Shown here piece by piece: positions 63,230-64,000 of a stretch of 64,000 nucleotides of DNA. The stretch is from the human T2T-CHM13v2.0 reference genome, Homo sapiens. The stretch lies in NCBI GenBank assembly GCA_009914755.4, contig CP068257.2, forward strand, positions 33,664,001 through 33,728,000, read 5' to 3'. A program made the translations under genes and the position numbers. The notes below the pieces were generated by a model. It saw only the letters and a program-made list of their open reading frames with translations. It had not been told where the DNA came from and did not search any database. Position 1 is the first letter of the stretch. Every line of letters begins with the position of its first letter.

Positions 63230-63480
63230 CTTGCCTTTAGAAGCATTTTGCTAGTTTTCTATTGCTCTGTAGCACGCTTCCACACACTCAGCAGCTTTAA
63301 ACAATCCCTTTATCTGTTCACAGCTCTGTAGATTAGAAGTCTGTGACTGGGTTCTCCATAGTGTCTCAGGAGGCTGACATTAAGGTGTTAGCCAACTGGG
63401 TTTTCCTCTGGAGACTGGGGGAAAATCTGTTTTCACACTTATTCAGGGTGTTGTCAGAATTCATTTCTTTGAGGCTGTAG
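63230..63480 (-). mobile_element. ERVL-MaLR LTR fragment (MLT1-like, 3' half in minus orientation)
   Basis: gcattttgctagttttctattgctctgtagcacgcttccacacactcagcagctttaaacaatccctttatctgttcacagctctgtagattagaagtctgtgactgggttctccatagtgtctcaggaggctgacattaaggtgttagccaactgggttttcctctggagactggggg matches the MLT1 reverse-complement head (ctgtattagtttgctagggctgccataacaaa...ggtggcttaaacaacagaaatttattttctcacagttctggaggctggaagtccaagatcaaggtgtcggcagggttggtttcttctgaggcctctc). The 203-aa ORF 63366..63977(-) starts in this LTR. Confidence 0.6.
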
Positions 63481-64000
63481 GACGGACATTCCCACTGCCT
63501 TTCTTGTTGTCCGCTGTGGGCCACCCTCAGCCTGTAGAGGCCACCCACATTCCTTACTACACAGCCCCCTCCATTTCTAAAACAAGCAATCAAGAAGTCT
63601 CCCTCATGTTGAATGTCTGTCACGCTGTGAATCTCTCTCATGAGAAAGATCCCAGCAGCTGATCTGAGACCTGAATTACATCTACAGAATCCCTTGACAG
63701 GAGCGGCTAGATATGTGCTGGGCCACACACCAGCAGGCAGAAATCGTGGGAGCCGTATTGAAATTCTGCTTGCCATAAGCATCGGAAAACTATTTACTAA
63801 GTGTTGAATAAATGAGAAAAGAAATGAAAACTTCTGGCCCCTCACTGGAATTATCTCCTCAAGTGAGAGGCAGCATAGCTTTGCTGTAATCCTGTCCATC
63901 ACCTGCAAAGAGCCCGTCCTCATGTTAATCACCTGTTCGTTGCTCACGGCAACTCTGTAAGGCAAGTCCAAGGGCAAGGCTTATGATTCCTGCTCTCCAG

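Noticed and set aside
63366-63977. Longest ORF in the track (203 aa, minus strand)
   Set aside because: It begins inside an MLT1-type LTR fragment (63230-63480) and runs through unconstrained sequence. It has no recognisable domain, no codon-usage periodicity and no Kozak or splice context. In a mammalian genome, unspliced 600-nt ORFs arise by chance in AT-poor stretches.

Overview
This window is primate (almost certainly human) nuclear DNA, not a prokaryotic locus. It is AT-rich, repeat-dense, gene-poor sequence of the kind found in introns and gene deserts. By eye I recognise: (1) nine Alu elements (AluS/Y type), several with A-tails and target-site duplications; (2) L1 3'-end fragments of several ages; (3) a large number of solo ERVL/ERVL-MaLR LTRs (MLT1-like, MST/THE1-like, MLT2-like); (4) several MIR fragments; (5) microsatellites such as (GT)n, (CA)n, (GAAA)n and (CAAA)n, and CT- and CA-rich low-complexity tracts. 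None of the supplied six-frame ORFs is a credible protein-coding gene. All are at most 203 aa. Most lie inside Alu, LTR or L1 copies or in low-complexity tracts, for example Phe runs from reading Alu poly-A tails and His/Thr runs from reading the CA-rich tract. There is no CRISPR array, operon, rRNA or tRNA, and no sign of an undescribed bacterial or phage system. The things worth a second look are eukaryotic: (1) a repeat-free, CpG-retaining block rich in homeodomain, MEIS/PBX and CCAAT motifs at about 12.9-14.2 kb that looks like a conserved non-coding enhancer cluster; (2) a roughly 295-bp inverted duplication with a roughly 880-bp spacer at 31.0-32.5 kb, embedded in a more complex direct/inverted rearrangement; (3) several local low-copy duplications, at 22.6/23.8 kb, 42.6/43.7 kb, and 58.8-59.2 kb with a third copy at 60.7 kb; (4) one candidate spliced exon at about 40.37-40.52 kb with strong acceptor and donor consensus. 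Repeat family names are from memory of consensus sequences. Coordinates of repeat ends are approximate (about ±20 bp), and only the family-level assignments are well supported.
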